From Bugula neritina (taxonomy: Eukaryota > Animalia > Bryozoa), in assembly GCA_964035545.1 (NCBI GenBank), contig OZ037767.1, forward strand, positions 19,112,628-19,176,627: a stretch of 64,000 nucleotides of DNA, read 5' to 3'. The notes beneath the pieces were generated by a model that searched no databases, had not been told where the DNA came from, and saw nothing but the letters and a program-made list of their open reading frames with translations. Positions within the stretch are counted from its first letter, which is position 1. Each line of letters starts with the position of its first letter. A program made the position numbers and the translations under genes. This document shows, one piece after another, positions 41,401 through 53,616 of the stretch.

Positions 41401-44400
41401 GAGACTGTAAACTTTTTATTGAAAAACTGCTATGCTTTGACTTTTGTTGTCAGTGTTTTTAGTGCTCCAACAACTTTCACATTCTAGAATTATTTCGCTT
41501 GTGGAAAGTTCAACTATCTTATAAAGATATCACCGTTTATTTCACTTATATAGAGTACACTAATTGTAAAGCAATCTATAATGAAACTTACCATGAAATT
41601 TTCACGCTTAGCCCTAAGTTCCAGGAAAGCTTGGTGCAGATCTCTAGATCGTCTCCCTCTTTGCTTGCGAATATTACATCTCTCATTCAGAACTTCATTT
41701 TGGCAGCGGTTCCCAACCCTCACAATATCTGTAAATTCAACTTATAGTTACATGCAGCCTGAGCACCTTTGCAACTGTATTTTTTTCTTAAAGTAACATA
41801 ATGTGATTCATGGTATTAGTAGATTCGTGCCTAGCTAACTTGGTCTGATTGGTTATATTGACAAAGACCAAACATTTTGATTGGCTACCTTGTATTAACT
41901 CGACTGTTAAAGTTATAGAGATTATAAGAGAATGGGAATAAAAAATCACGCAATAATAATAAATCATCACATTTATCTTCAAGTTTCCAAAAAAAATAAA
42001 CAACTTTAATTTTACCCTTGAAATTTATCTCAAGACCTATATTTTAAAACACTTTTAAAAAGTGATTATAGGGACAAAATACAAAATGATATAATTTTTT
42101 ACAAATGTTCAGCTCTAACTACTACGCAGTCTTTTTAATAAAATTCAAGTACTCATCAAATACATTAGGAAACATCAACAACTTATAAAGACTAAACAAA
42201 GCAAGCCAGTTACTCCCACATGTAGTCGTCATCACGACTCATGTACTCAATCAGTTCTCACCTTCAGGAGGACAGAACTGCAGCATCCCCTCTAGGAACT
42301 GGTCTAAAGCATGGTTAGTAAAGCAGACGACTAACATCTGGCCCAGAACTCTCTCTGGACAGTCGGCTTCCCGCTGCGCTATGTTACTAGAAACTGACCT
42401 CAGTGAATGTTTCTTTCCAACTAAAAATATAATTATGTGTAAGCGTCTTACAATAGCTTTACTGTAGCCTTTTAACATATTTATTCTGCAATATTTTGTA
42501 ATAATTTGTGTGATCATACTCATGAAATTGTAAAATATAAACACACAGAGAGCAGAAACATATTAAAACAGAGCATTGAATCAAAACAGTTACCCTTATG
42601 AGCACATAGATTTCAGATATCTTGTTTAACAATTCTTGAGTAAAGAACGAGTGACCAGTTCATGTACCAGAGTTTGAAAATAGTATTCTAGTGGTAATTG
42701 ATTAAAAATTATAATTGAGGCGGTCAGTGTAGACTTATGATTAATATAATGTAGTGTACAAGAGATTTCTTTTAGTTGAGCAGCACAGAGAAAGTGAAAA
42801 TATTATAGCAGTAGCCATTTAGCTAAAAGCTCATCTGGGCTTTTCCTTTAAAAAAAACTCCTTATAGCTTTTTCTATAAATACTTTTCAGGATTAGCTCT
42901 TCCTCTAAAAGCTTTTCTTAGCTTTTTTTTCTAAAAGCTTATTCTTATAGCTTTTTCGTTGAAAGCTTGAGTATACTACAGCTACTATAGCATGTTCTTA
43001 GTTTTTCCTAGCCTCACTTAGCATTAATGCACCAAAACAAACCAGGAAACTTACTGTTTTGAGGAGAAATATCACTGAGATCTGCTCCTGGAACATGGAA
43101 AAGATTAAACAACAGAGTTTCTACTATCTTCAGGCCTAGAAAGGTCTTTCCAGTCCCTGGAGGTCCTGCAAATAAAAAATAGCTTCATCAGATATTTTTT
43201 TCTTCAACAATTATTTTTATTTTTGAAGTCGAAAGAGAATAATATATTTGACATTCAGAGATACTAGCTATTATTAAAAAAACTGATGTAAAAGCAAAAT
43301 AAAAAAATATATTTTATACACACATGTGCACACTAGTGCATTCATTGATAGTATCTTTTTACATGTTAGATTTTCATTGAGATATAAAAAAGAAATAATT
43401 AGGCCAAAGCACCTGTACCGTATAACACATAGCTCAACAATATCTTACCATCTGAATAAATTATCAAAGCATTCAATTCACTGAATATATATTTATATTT
43501 AAAAACAACTCAATTATACCTTGTATCACTACGAATTCTTGAGTGAGTGCCGTTTTGAAAGCTTTATACTGTGACTCATTAAACCCAAGCTCATTGGCAG
43601 ATGGCCATGTTGATGCACTTCTTGAATTATACATGTCAAAACCACCCTGAAACATATACTGAGACATGTCGTGGAGTGAGGTGGGTTCTGTCAGTATGTC
43701 ACCTTTAGTAATGAATCTGTACTTAACATCTTGTCTCTTCAGGTATTCGGGTCGGGACACTGTGGTATGAGCCCTGTAAATATGCAGTTGAATAGCTGTG
43801 ATCTAAAGCAAACTTTTCCTTTAGCTGCCATAAAAATAACCAGATCAGTTTTGGGAGTCAATAAAATCTTGATACATGAAGCAGCCCATCAATGTAATAA
43901 TATGTGCAATATGGTAAAATATCATCACAAGGTGTTGAATTACTAGAATAGTTACAATTATAAGTAGCAAAGAGTCTAAACTACTTAGAAATGCTGCCCA
44001 ATTTAATCAACTTTAAAATATGCAGATAATATTAGAACTGCCTACTCTTGCAAAATCCAACTGATAATTTTAGTTCAACTATAAATAATGTAACAATATA
44101 TATTATGTAATATAATATAGATGCATACTCTACAATGTATCTGGAAAGAGCAAAGTTATTTCCATTGAGTTTCTGTATGCCATTCAGCACGTGAGAGTAT
44201 GCTTCAAAGTACGCCATCGATTCTACGGCCACAAATGGTCCACTTTGGTTTTCCATCATATCATACTTTTGCTGCGAGTCCGCCAAAAACTGAATTTCAA
44301 AAACACCGTCTAAAACCGAAAAACGTAAAATGTCATGTAAAGAAATGATATATTTTGCATTTTTATACGTGAAATTGAGAAATATTTTGAAAAAGGTAAA

Positions 44401-47400
44401 AGAAATGGAGTGAAAGATTTTCTTTGTGTGGCTATTATAATTTGCACCAGCAACCAAATCATGTTAAACAGCATGATCCTATAGGCAACGTCTACCCCTT
44501 CTTTTCGCTCTTCTCTCTCTTTCCCCTATCTGCCTAGGTTGCAATTCATTGTGATTAATGATTGGTGAAGCCTATTAAAACATATTTTAAGCTAGTATTA
44601 TGTTTACACCTTTTTAATTCAAATTCCACTATCAATTGCTTCACTTAATTAAGACTCAAAAGTCTATCTTAACTCACCTTTTTCCATGACTTTCACATCT
44701 CTCTCAGCAATGGTGGCAAAGAGAATGTTTTTGGTGAAACAATCCGTTGAGAGGCAAAGTAGGGAGCCAAAGAGAAGTCTTTTAGAGGATGCCCAGTTGA
44801 TCCTCCTAAACATCTTGTCTTCTTTGTTGATACTAGAATGGTATTATTTAAATTAGTGGAAGTGCACTATATTTATAGCCCATGGTAAGTTATGCTCTCA
44901 ATAATCCAAAAGCAGCATAACTTAATAATTATATATCAACAGTGATTTTAATTGTTTGTTTGCTTGTTTTTTGAGTTGAAATCTCCAGGTGCCCCTGTGG
45001 TGTGATGGTTAGCACACCTGCTTGCTAGCTAAAAGTATGGAGTTTGAATCCCAGTGGAGCAAAAGTTATATGTTAGTAGAAAGTGACTAGTAGTGAGTCA
45101 TTAGTAGTGACTGACTAATAGTGAATTATTAGTAGTTAATGATTAGTAGTAAATGATATAAACACTGCGTTTCCATAACTACGCATTACACATCGCATTT
45201 GCATTAACTTATAGTTGGGTTTTATTCGATGTAATTATTTCCATTAGCCGAATGAAAAAATCCACTTGCATGATGCGATAATAGAAGTGCAGTGTGGTAG
45301 TGAGTAATTAATAGTGAGTTATTAGTAGTGATTAGTCATACAGTCTATGCATACCATAATACACAGCAGATACTGACAATATCATTTACAGTAAATATGT
45401 AGTAAAAGTCAAGTTACTAATGTCCAACTGTATTTTTTTAGGTCACATCTCTGCAGATTGTAGGTAGTGAAAAATTGAGAACTACATAATCACTCTTTCT
45501 ATTTGTCATTCAAGCTGTCTCAAACACATACTAAAAAAATATATAACAGCATGCGAAACACATTTTCAATATATTCAGTTTAGTGTATTACCTCACAACA
45601 TAGGTAATTCCATTTCTACCAAAGTTGGAACTGGTAATAGTAAAGTTTTCATACGCCTTGACATCACCAGACCTGAACCTGTGATCTCCAGTTAGATGCG
45701 GGTTGTCTCGGTAATCTTTTATTCCAGTTCTCAGCGTGGAGACGAAATCTTCTCTTAAAAGACGGAACTGCACGTCCAAATAATCTTCTACTCCATCAAA
45801 AGCTAAGTTCAAAACATTAACAAAACATTGCAAGAGAATATATTATAAAAATGTGCACTAATTGTTAGCAGCAAAACATAATCTTTTCTTGAGTAGCTGA
45901 AGCAGGACCAGGCACAGTAAAAAATGTAAACAATTTTTTAAAACTAAACTCTTTCTACAAAATATTGTATTCCTTCTAAACATTTAAATAAACATAAAAT
46001 CCTTGAGCATTTGGGGCACCCGAGTGTTATGGTAATTATATAATATAAATTAAAAATTTTTGAAAAGCGTACTATTGGTAAATTGGTAATTAGGCATTAA
46101 TTATTGGTAAATTACTCAAAAGTTTTGACCGTTACAGATTGTTTTACCTCCTTTTACTTTATTAGCTCTAAGATTCACAATAGCTTTTAGGTCCTGCTCT
46201 GTTGGATGCAAAGACATCTCCCTGAAATTTCCTTCCGGTTTTTTCTCCGTCATGTATCTTCTTGTGCGATGACCAATCTTCATGCTACAATATTTTGCAC
46301 ACAAGTAATAGGCAACATGAATGCAGACCATTTTGCAATAAATATTTTAAAATGACTCTCTGTAACTTTACAACTCATGTGTGTTTGAAGCAGTTATTTT
46401 GCAAAATTTCTAATTTTTATTTTTTTTAAAATTTGTATTATTTTGCAACTGTCTGCTCGCTTGGTTAAAAGTTATCTTCTCTTTCTTAAAGGCTGGTGTT
46501 TTTCAATAAACTATCGTTTGAGGTAAATTTTGCAGTTGAAATCAACTTTATGAGTATGTGAAATATAGAGGACAAATAAGTTATGCCATTACTTGCTTAT
46601 GCAGTAATTTATGTGCATCACATGTATTATATTAAATAGCACAACACTTTGCTTATGTAATTAATTACAACACTATTCCAATACATTTATATGTAGCTGA
46701 TGAAAAACTTATAACTATGCAAAGCTGTTGGCATAAAAAATATGTAAAAAGTTGCTCACGCTCTTTCTTCCTCCAGTCGCTGTTGCTCTGCTTTCTCTAC
46801 TTTGGCAGTAGCTTGACTATAGAGGTCGTATACACTGTGCAGCTGTGGGAAATCCATGACTACACCTCTAAGAAATTGTTTAAGTCTTTGAACGTCAGCT
46901 AACAAAGCTTTAGACATCAAAGGGTCCATAGAGCAGAGGTGGTGAAAGATATTCAAATAGTTTTCAAAAGACTTGATTAGTTTCTCAATTTGTATGCCAC
47001 GATGTTGAGAAGAGTTGAAACCATCCATCAGTCTAAATGTGCAAGTCTACAAAGTTGCAAAACAACAATTTGTTAGATGTGAATGTTTAGACAACTCCTT
47101 TTCACTTCCCTCACAAGGAGTTGTGCTCACTTTTCAATCATAATACACAGTTCTTTATACTCACCAGTAATAAATTAGTCATGACCCAACAAATAATTTA
47201 AACTCAATGGTTTCACAACACACTACAGTAGAGCTTTAAGTACAATCTTCACTATACTATACTAAAGCAAGCAGTAATCCTCACAATTTTATCAAACCCA
47301 ATAATTATACTCATTAAACAACTTCAGTTATTTAATAATTCTATTTAATCAAAATTTAAAGTTACACTGCGCACAAGATCACATTTGCTTTGAGCATAAT

Positions 47401-49350
47401 CAACAGAAAAATTGACATAGTAAAATTTTCGGTGTCTCTATAGAGTTGCTCTCTCTTGTTACTCAATATCCTACAATTGTATTTTGCAGAATTGCCATGT
47501 CCTTGAAACATAAATAAAGTATTCGCTGAGCACCTGAAGTGCTCATGATAAGAATGCTCATAGGATCAGCTTGTACACTGCACCAGGTTATCAGATAAGG
47601 TGTGATTCATGACTTATTGGCAGCTAGGTATCCAGAAATATATAGTCTGCATGTTAGCTAAGTAATTAACAATTAGACAGTCAGCCCTAACAACTAATCA
47701 ACTAGTCATGGAGTAACTATAAATAACCAAATAACTAGTCATAAGGTACATTATTTAACAAATGCAACTAAATAATTAGTCATCAAGTAACTAACAATCA
47801 TAAGAGTATAACTAGTTATGGAGTAATTAACAACAAAACATGCAGTTACTCACTAATTCCCTGTTTAAAATACATCACCAACTATATTAGAAACCCAGGC
47901 TATAGCTTACAGTGTTAAGAAAGTAGCAGGGATTCTGAGGAACCAAAGCCAACTTGAGAGTCTCCTTGTAACTAGACATTGTGTCATCAGCCTGGAGCGC
48001 CTGGTTAAGTGTTGCTAGAATCAGATCCACCCAGTCACCTTTCTGTTCTGTGTGCAAACTATTATCTTCCAGAAAGTTAAGGAATGCTTTTTTATTGCAA
48101 AACATGAGGGCGTCAGTTGGTGAAGCAGTAGATTTCGACTCTAGTCTGCAAAACACAGCCGAATCAGGATATCAATAGATATAAAAAATCTAGTCAAATT
48201 TCTGCTATAAATTCAATTAAATTTTGTGTAATAAGTTGAACTACAACTACATAAACAGAATTTAAAAATCAAATCTTCAACTCTTTACCCATCCAACATT
48301 ACAACTTCAGCTAAGAGTAAATAAAGATTTTTTTTAATAACAAGAAAAATAAACCTACGGAACCCCAAGCACCAATATGAAATGTGTGTCATTTTTATCT
48401 GTGCCATTTTTACCTACACTCTTATATAACTTAAATGACAAATTCCTGATTTTGAAAGAGAATAAAATTATTTGTGTAGCATTTTGATCATTACTTATTA
48501 TATTACACATTACCTATTGTCTTAACTTTTGCTCAATCTATTCAAATCATCGCTTGCAGTGGCACAGGACAATTCATCACCATTCACTCATATACTCATT
48601 TAGCTACTCACTTAGCCACAGCTATTTTAAACCACAGATAGCTTTGTATTCACTATTACAATGCCATGAATTTTGCTACCAGCATAGCTGTCAGCTTTTT
48701 ATAGCTGGTAGCCAGAAATTATAGCAGCTATAAGTTGTTTTATGCCTTCATGCCAGCCTGATGCTTTTCTCCACTAACTGTTGTAGTTATCACTAGTCAT
48801 TTTTGATTCTGTACATGATACATGTAGATATTTAAACTTTCACTATAGCAACCTTATATATTTGATTCTAACTCTCCCCAGGAAGGGTAATAGAGGTATG
48901 CTGAACATTGTTATGCAACAATTTTGTAATGTTTTATGTTTCATTTTTCTTGTCATCAATGTCTCTATTATTAAATTGTATTATTGTAGTTTCACGTTGG
49001 TTACCAGTTGGTTTCAATAAACATCAGCAAAACTCCAGCAGTGCAGCCTATTATTAATAAACTGGGGTAGAAGTTACAATTTCTTTGCCCAATGACCAAA
49101 GAATTGTTTACAGATTAATAGTAAAATAACAGTTTACTCATTATTTAAGCAAATAGTTGGCAGATACTTACAATTTATAGCCAATAGTTTGGTCATCAGG
49201 ATTGTAAGGTTTATTGTGCCGTCCTCTCCCCCCACCATCTCCATGGCCGCCTCTACCTTGAGAACTACCACTATGGTAACTGTTGTGATTGTTACCACGG
49301 TAGCCACCTCTGCCACGCCCCCTTCCTCTTCCTCTTCCTCTACCACTCAT
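29419..49350 (-). CDS. ZNFX1: ZNFX1-like helicase, copy B (complete; 29 coding exons; about 1705 aa)
   Basis: Exons 5'->3': 49350-49172, 48145-47911, 47046-46760, 46284-46148, 45802-45592, 44832-44678, 44309-44129, 43773-43520, 43165-43055, 42420-42262, 41728-41592, 40863-40677, 40090-39872, 39500-39308, 38957-38847, 38363-38173, 37839-37621, 37263-37152, 36657-36515, 35696-35538, 34896-34762, 34457-34311, 33334-33160, 32646-32440, 31971-31837, 31210-31018, 30574-30395, 30081-29916, 29618-29419. They sum to 5118 nt (multiple of 3) and all introns are GT-AG. Motifs: [83 protein letters not shown]1 fingers, RING-like. Many exon lengths equal those of copy A (211, 137, 111, 191, 219, 112, 159, 135). 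Confidence 0.9.
33879..34330 (-). repeat. 22-bp minisatellite (about 20 copies) seeded at an exon/donor junction in copy B
   Basis: Unit TACTGGTACA(T/A)G(A/G)GTGGTTACA on +; on - each unit reads TGTAACCAC....TACCA|GTA. Confidence 0.92.
38010..38190 (-). repeat. About 31-bp tandem repeat (5-6 copies) at the same exon/donor junction in copy B
   Basis: AAACTAACCAATGAGAATGAGGTGTTAC-type units, the reverse complement of the 17646-17775 array. Confidence 0.88.
44991..45061 (+). repeat. tRNA-derived repeat / tRNA pseudogene
   Basis: A-box TGGTGTGATGGTTAG and B-box GTTTGAATCCC; degenerate cloverleaf; followed by TAGTAG-rich sequence. Confidence 0.55.
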
Positions 49351-49833
49351 CTTGGCGGACCATATTTTTCTGCTTCCTACATACAAATAGAAATAATCAC
49401 AATTCAAAAAATAAATCAAAGAGGTTTAAGATATGACATTTAAACCAACAGCATAATCATTTTACTTTATAGCCTGCATAATACTAACAAAAGTTTATGG
49501 CAAATATGTTTGTGTGTATTGTACTGTACTTATGGCAATAATATATTTCTATTTATTTAGGTATATTACATGAAAAATGATACTCATATTCATAGTACTC
49601 AACATTTCAAAATCAATGACTCAAACTGAGATTTTCTTCAATATTCAATTCATATTCAAACTGTGAGTACTGCACTCGCTATCATAATCATAATGAGTAT
49701 CATTATGAGCATGGCTATCACTATCAGTGAATGAAAATTACTATTAGGCTACGTACAGTATTATAGGTAACCGTAAGTCAATTATACTATATCCCTTGCC
49801 AATATAATACTGCAGTACCACTTAAAAAATAAT

Positions 49834-49908
49834 TGCCCCCACTAGGAATCGAACCGGAGACCTCTGGCTTGCAGTTAGCAAGTGTGCTAACCATTACACC
49901 ACGAGGAC
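49834..49908 (-). repeat. tRNA-derived repeat / tRNA pseudogene in intron 1 of copy B
   Basis: GTCCTCGTGGTGTAATGGTTAGCACACTTGCTAACTGCAAGCCAGAGGTCTCCGGTTCGATTCCTAGTGGGGGCA: A and B boxes and acceptor pairing are present, but the T-stem is broken. Confidence 0.6.
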
Positions 49909-50110
49909 CACTGGGTAAACTCATTACACTACACCACTCATAGGAACACTATTGTTAAGTTGCTACCAGTACAGGTACTTCTATAAACTTTAATACTTCC
50001 TTGAGTCAAACATGAGACTGATACTAACGGATGACCATAATATAATTATTAACATTATCATTATAAGAAAAGTATTATTAAAAAAAGTATTATTTAAATA
50101 CCATACGTAC

Positions 50111-50230
50111 CTTCAATTAAGAAAATTATCAAGTCAAGTTACTAAAAAGAGATTGTTAAACTCAGAGTTTATCACGCGCTGTAGCATTTGAATAACAAGT
50201 TAGCGAAGTGTATTGAGTGTTTGCAGCTGA
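50111..50230 (-). other. Probable non-coding first exon of ZNFX1 copy B
   Basis: Strong donor GAAG|GTACGT at 50110. The ATG-containing exon begins at an acceptor (49376), so an upstream exon is required. The 5' boundary is approximate. Confidence 0.45.
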
Positions 50231-50246
50231 CAACGATTAGTTATCT

Positions 50247-50579
50247 GGGGAGTCCCCTTAGTTGGATTTTTTAACGAGGGAAGGGGATGGGATTGGGTGT
50301 ACTAAAATTAATGTTATAAGCTGCTGTTCAATAAGCTGGGAAATATTATACATCATTTCAATGCTGCTTTTATTGAACACACTTATTAGTTTAAGTTTTT
50401 TAATGGTGCTCAAGGGGCTATGCTTCACAAAACAATACTCGCTTTTGTAGTACATTGTGTCCGCGGAACAGGCTATGTGAAACCTGTGCAAAGGTACTCC
50501 TACCTCATTGAGTCATGCTTTGTTACGTTGTCATGGGGGGAATTCCCAGCTTAATAAAACACGCATCAAAGACTTCCCC
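50247..50579. promoter_or_regulatory. Cluster of NF-kappaB-like sites upstream of ZNFX1 copy B
   Basis: GGGGAGTCCCC (50247-50257), GGGGAATTCCC (50537-50547) and a one-mismatch AGACTTCCCC (50570-50579), in AT-rich DNA. Confidence 0.55.
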
Positions 50580-51376
50580 GCTCGCCCGCATGATAAATGA
50601 TCATAACATTATTCTGTTTGATAAATCAGCAGTTAGCAGTTGAAGGCTGAAGCCTGTGCACTGTTTAGAGTTATACTGTTCTACCACGACATTTGAGATG
50701 GCTGCGCCTGGTAATTATAAAACAAAGCATAGAGTAATAAGCCATTAAATTAGGTAAAATTTTTATAATAAGTGTCCATTAACTAAATAATGCTGATTGA
50801 ACTGTTACTAAAGGCTACTGCATTTAGTCCTTTCAAATAATATTGCAGTGTTGCTGGTGCAACTTGCTACAGGCAGTATGCATGCTGCATGACTACAAAT
50901 GTAGTACATCATATAATGTGATTATTTAATAATGTTTCAATTTGGTGTGGTTGAGTACAGTATAATATAGCTTATGAGATAAAGTGAGAAATTTTAGCCT
51001 GAGCACTGTCATGCAACAAACAATTGCTACTTTGCAGGCTGTGCCTGCTAGAAAAGTACTTTAAAATATACAAGCCACAATTATCTTCACCAAACAGCTG
51101 CAATAAAATCATAACAACATGCAGGTACGCAAAAAACGCTCCTGTTAGAAAATTTGACTATATTTTACTTTCATTTTATCCATCTATATATTTTAATCCA
51201 TTGGCTTTACAACTTAACCGTGCAGCTTTTACACACATTTTTCCGTACATCTAGCATGTGTTTTTATTCTTGTTCTATCACATCTTAACATTTTACCTGA
51301 AGATTGTGTATATACAATGCACATGAAACTAAGAGTAATAAAGTGTTTTAAATCAAATTTTATCATTCGTTGCTTC

Positions 51377-51380
<4 letters not shown>

Positions 51381-51460
<80 letters not shown>
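51381..51460. repeat. (TA)n microsatellite
   Basis: Direct reading. Confidence 0.97.
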
Positions 51461-51463
<3 letters not shown>

Positions 51464-53616
51464 TAGCCTGTCAGCTAGCAAGCCTGTAAATAATAATGTA
51501 CCCATAATTATATTGATAGATGATGTAGCTGCTTATTGATCATAGAGTAATCTCAGGCTAAACAATCACAATTAGGCAACACACATGCCACCCACAGAGC
51601 AATAATAAAGCAAGAACTTTAACTAAATTGAGAGTGAAATTAAAGATATTCGCAGTGAGGATGCCTTGACTAGTCACCATATTCAACATACTGGTGCACT
51701 GCCAGAACCATCATCGATTTGCATACATGTGCTGTTGATTCTAAATCTCCATTCAACTTAATATAAGCAATTATATTATTAATGCACGATTCAACATGTA
51801 AATGTTTTTTGCCATCTTCACACAATAGCAACTATGCATGATTAGTGCCAAGTTCTAACAGCATTGTTTGTGCCAGCTCATGTTCAAAAGGTGGGTGAAT
51901 TCAAGCAGCCATGGATCTGTACATTGAATGATAGCAAGCTGTAGTTAAGGCAGCTGCATGTTCACCCATCCTTCAGTACTAGAGAGTATTATAGTCTTTA
52001 GACTGCATATGAGCCTTTAAATTTAGATGATAGCTTGTGTCACTAATTGCATGTATATAGGGGGTTACCTTCCCTTGTTCATGATCCCAACACCTTTAAA
52101 GCATACCAAAAAGTAGAAAATGGCTTTTCTTAAACTATAGAAAGTAAATTAAGTTTATCCATCCTGAACTCCAAGTTGTACAACCCATGATTTAGAAAGC
52201 ACATTCATGTATTTGGACAGACAATTCCAAAACAAGTATAAGGACATTTTCTGAGAAAGTATGGTACTCATTTGTTAACATATGCTATAGCACACAGGCC
52301 ATAGATTTTACACAAGTATTGCTATTCATTTCTATAGCTTTTAGTTATATAAATACATAGTGATAAACTCCAGCTATACCTCAAAAACACCTTGACTTAT
52401 GTATCATCTAAATATCTAAATTATAAACACAATATATACGTATGTTGAATATGAGATGAAAGCTTTAATATTATCGATACTATAATATACACTATTAGCA
52501 TATCTATAATTATGTACATAATACCATTACTATAATATTATTATACACTTACAACATATACTATGTACATCATATAACCATTATTGTAATATACACTTAT
52601 AGCCTATTATATACACTTATAACACACTATGTACATAATATAATTACTATATAATATACACTTATAGCATATGCTAAGTACATTATATTATTCCTATAAT
52701 ATCATCAGATGTGGAGGCATTCTCAAGTATGTAATATCTACATAAATTGTCTCTATATACAAGCCACCAGAATTGAAAAGAAATATTATGTATAGTTGTT
52801 AATGTGTTTAGCTATCATCATAAACCTTTACATACATTTATGTTATGTTTATGTTATGTATGACAAACAGTATGTTAACTAATAATTTGTTACATATTAT
52901 TACAAGTCATTTAGTAAGCATAATATTATGAAAAAATATACTAAATATCATATTGAAAGACATCTATTCCGTAAAGTAATAAACATTTTATAAAGACATA
53001 ATATTATTTAATATATTGCATATATATTGAGCATTATTAACTGATAAAAATCAGGAAAAATGACTAAATGTTACACCAAATAACAATATATATTAAATAT
53101 AACTATAGATAATACAATAAAAATTATTGAGCAAATGATGTTATTTGTTTCTATGAATATAAACCAATGGCATATTATTTGCTTAGAAATTTAGAAATTG
53201 AACTGCAGAAAATGTGAATTCACATTGAAATGATTTTATTATAATACGCTAATAGGATTTTTGAGGTTACACATATGAGTGAATAAAATGGCTCACCAGG
53301 GTATTGACAGAAGAACTTGAGTCGTCAGAGTAATAATTAAAATAGACCATGTTTTCTTCCTTTTCATACTTTTTTTATTAAGTGAATTAAATTTAATCTA
53401 CAGAAACTACTTTAAGGAACTCACAATCCATTTGCACATATTAATGTATTTTAGCCTAATTGAATTTAATATACCACATAAATTATTTGAAAATTAAAAA
53501 CTTGCACCCTGCATTACAAAAGGTCTTACTAAATTTAACCACAGAATAAGTTCTGCAGTGAATTATACTGTGAAAAGTTTTATTTTATATCTCAATGTTA
53601 GTTATCAGCCAGTTGA

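Noticed and set aside
49834-49908. Functional tRNA gene
   Set aside because: The T-stem does not pair and the anticodon arm geometry is irregular; related degenerate copies occur nearby.
50698-50710. ATGGCTGCGCCTG|GTAATT as the first exon of a divergent + strand gene
   Set aside because: It looks like a plausible start plus donor, but I could not find in-phase downstream exons in 50.7-53.6 kb; left unresolved.
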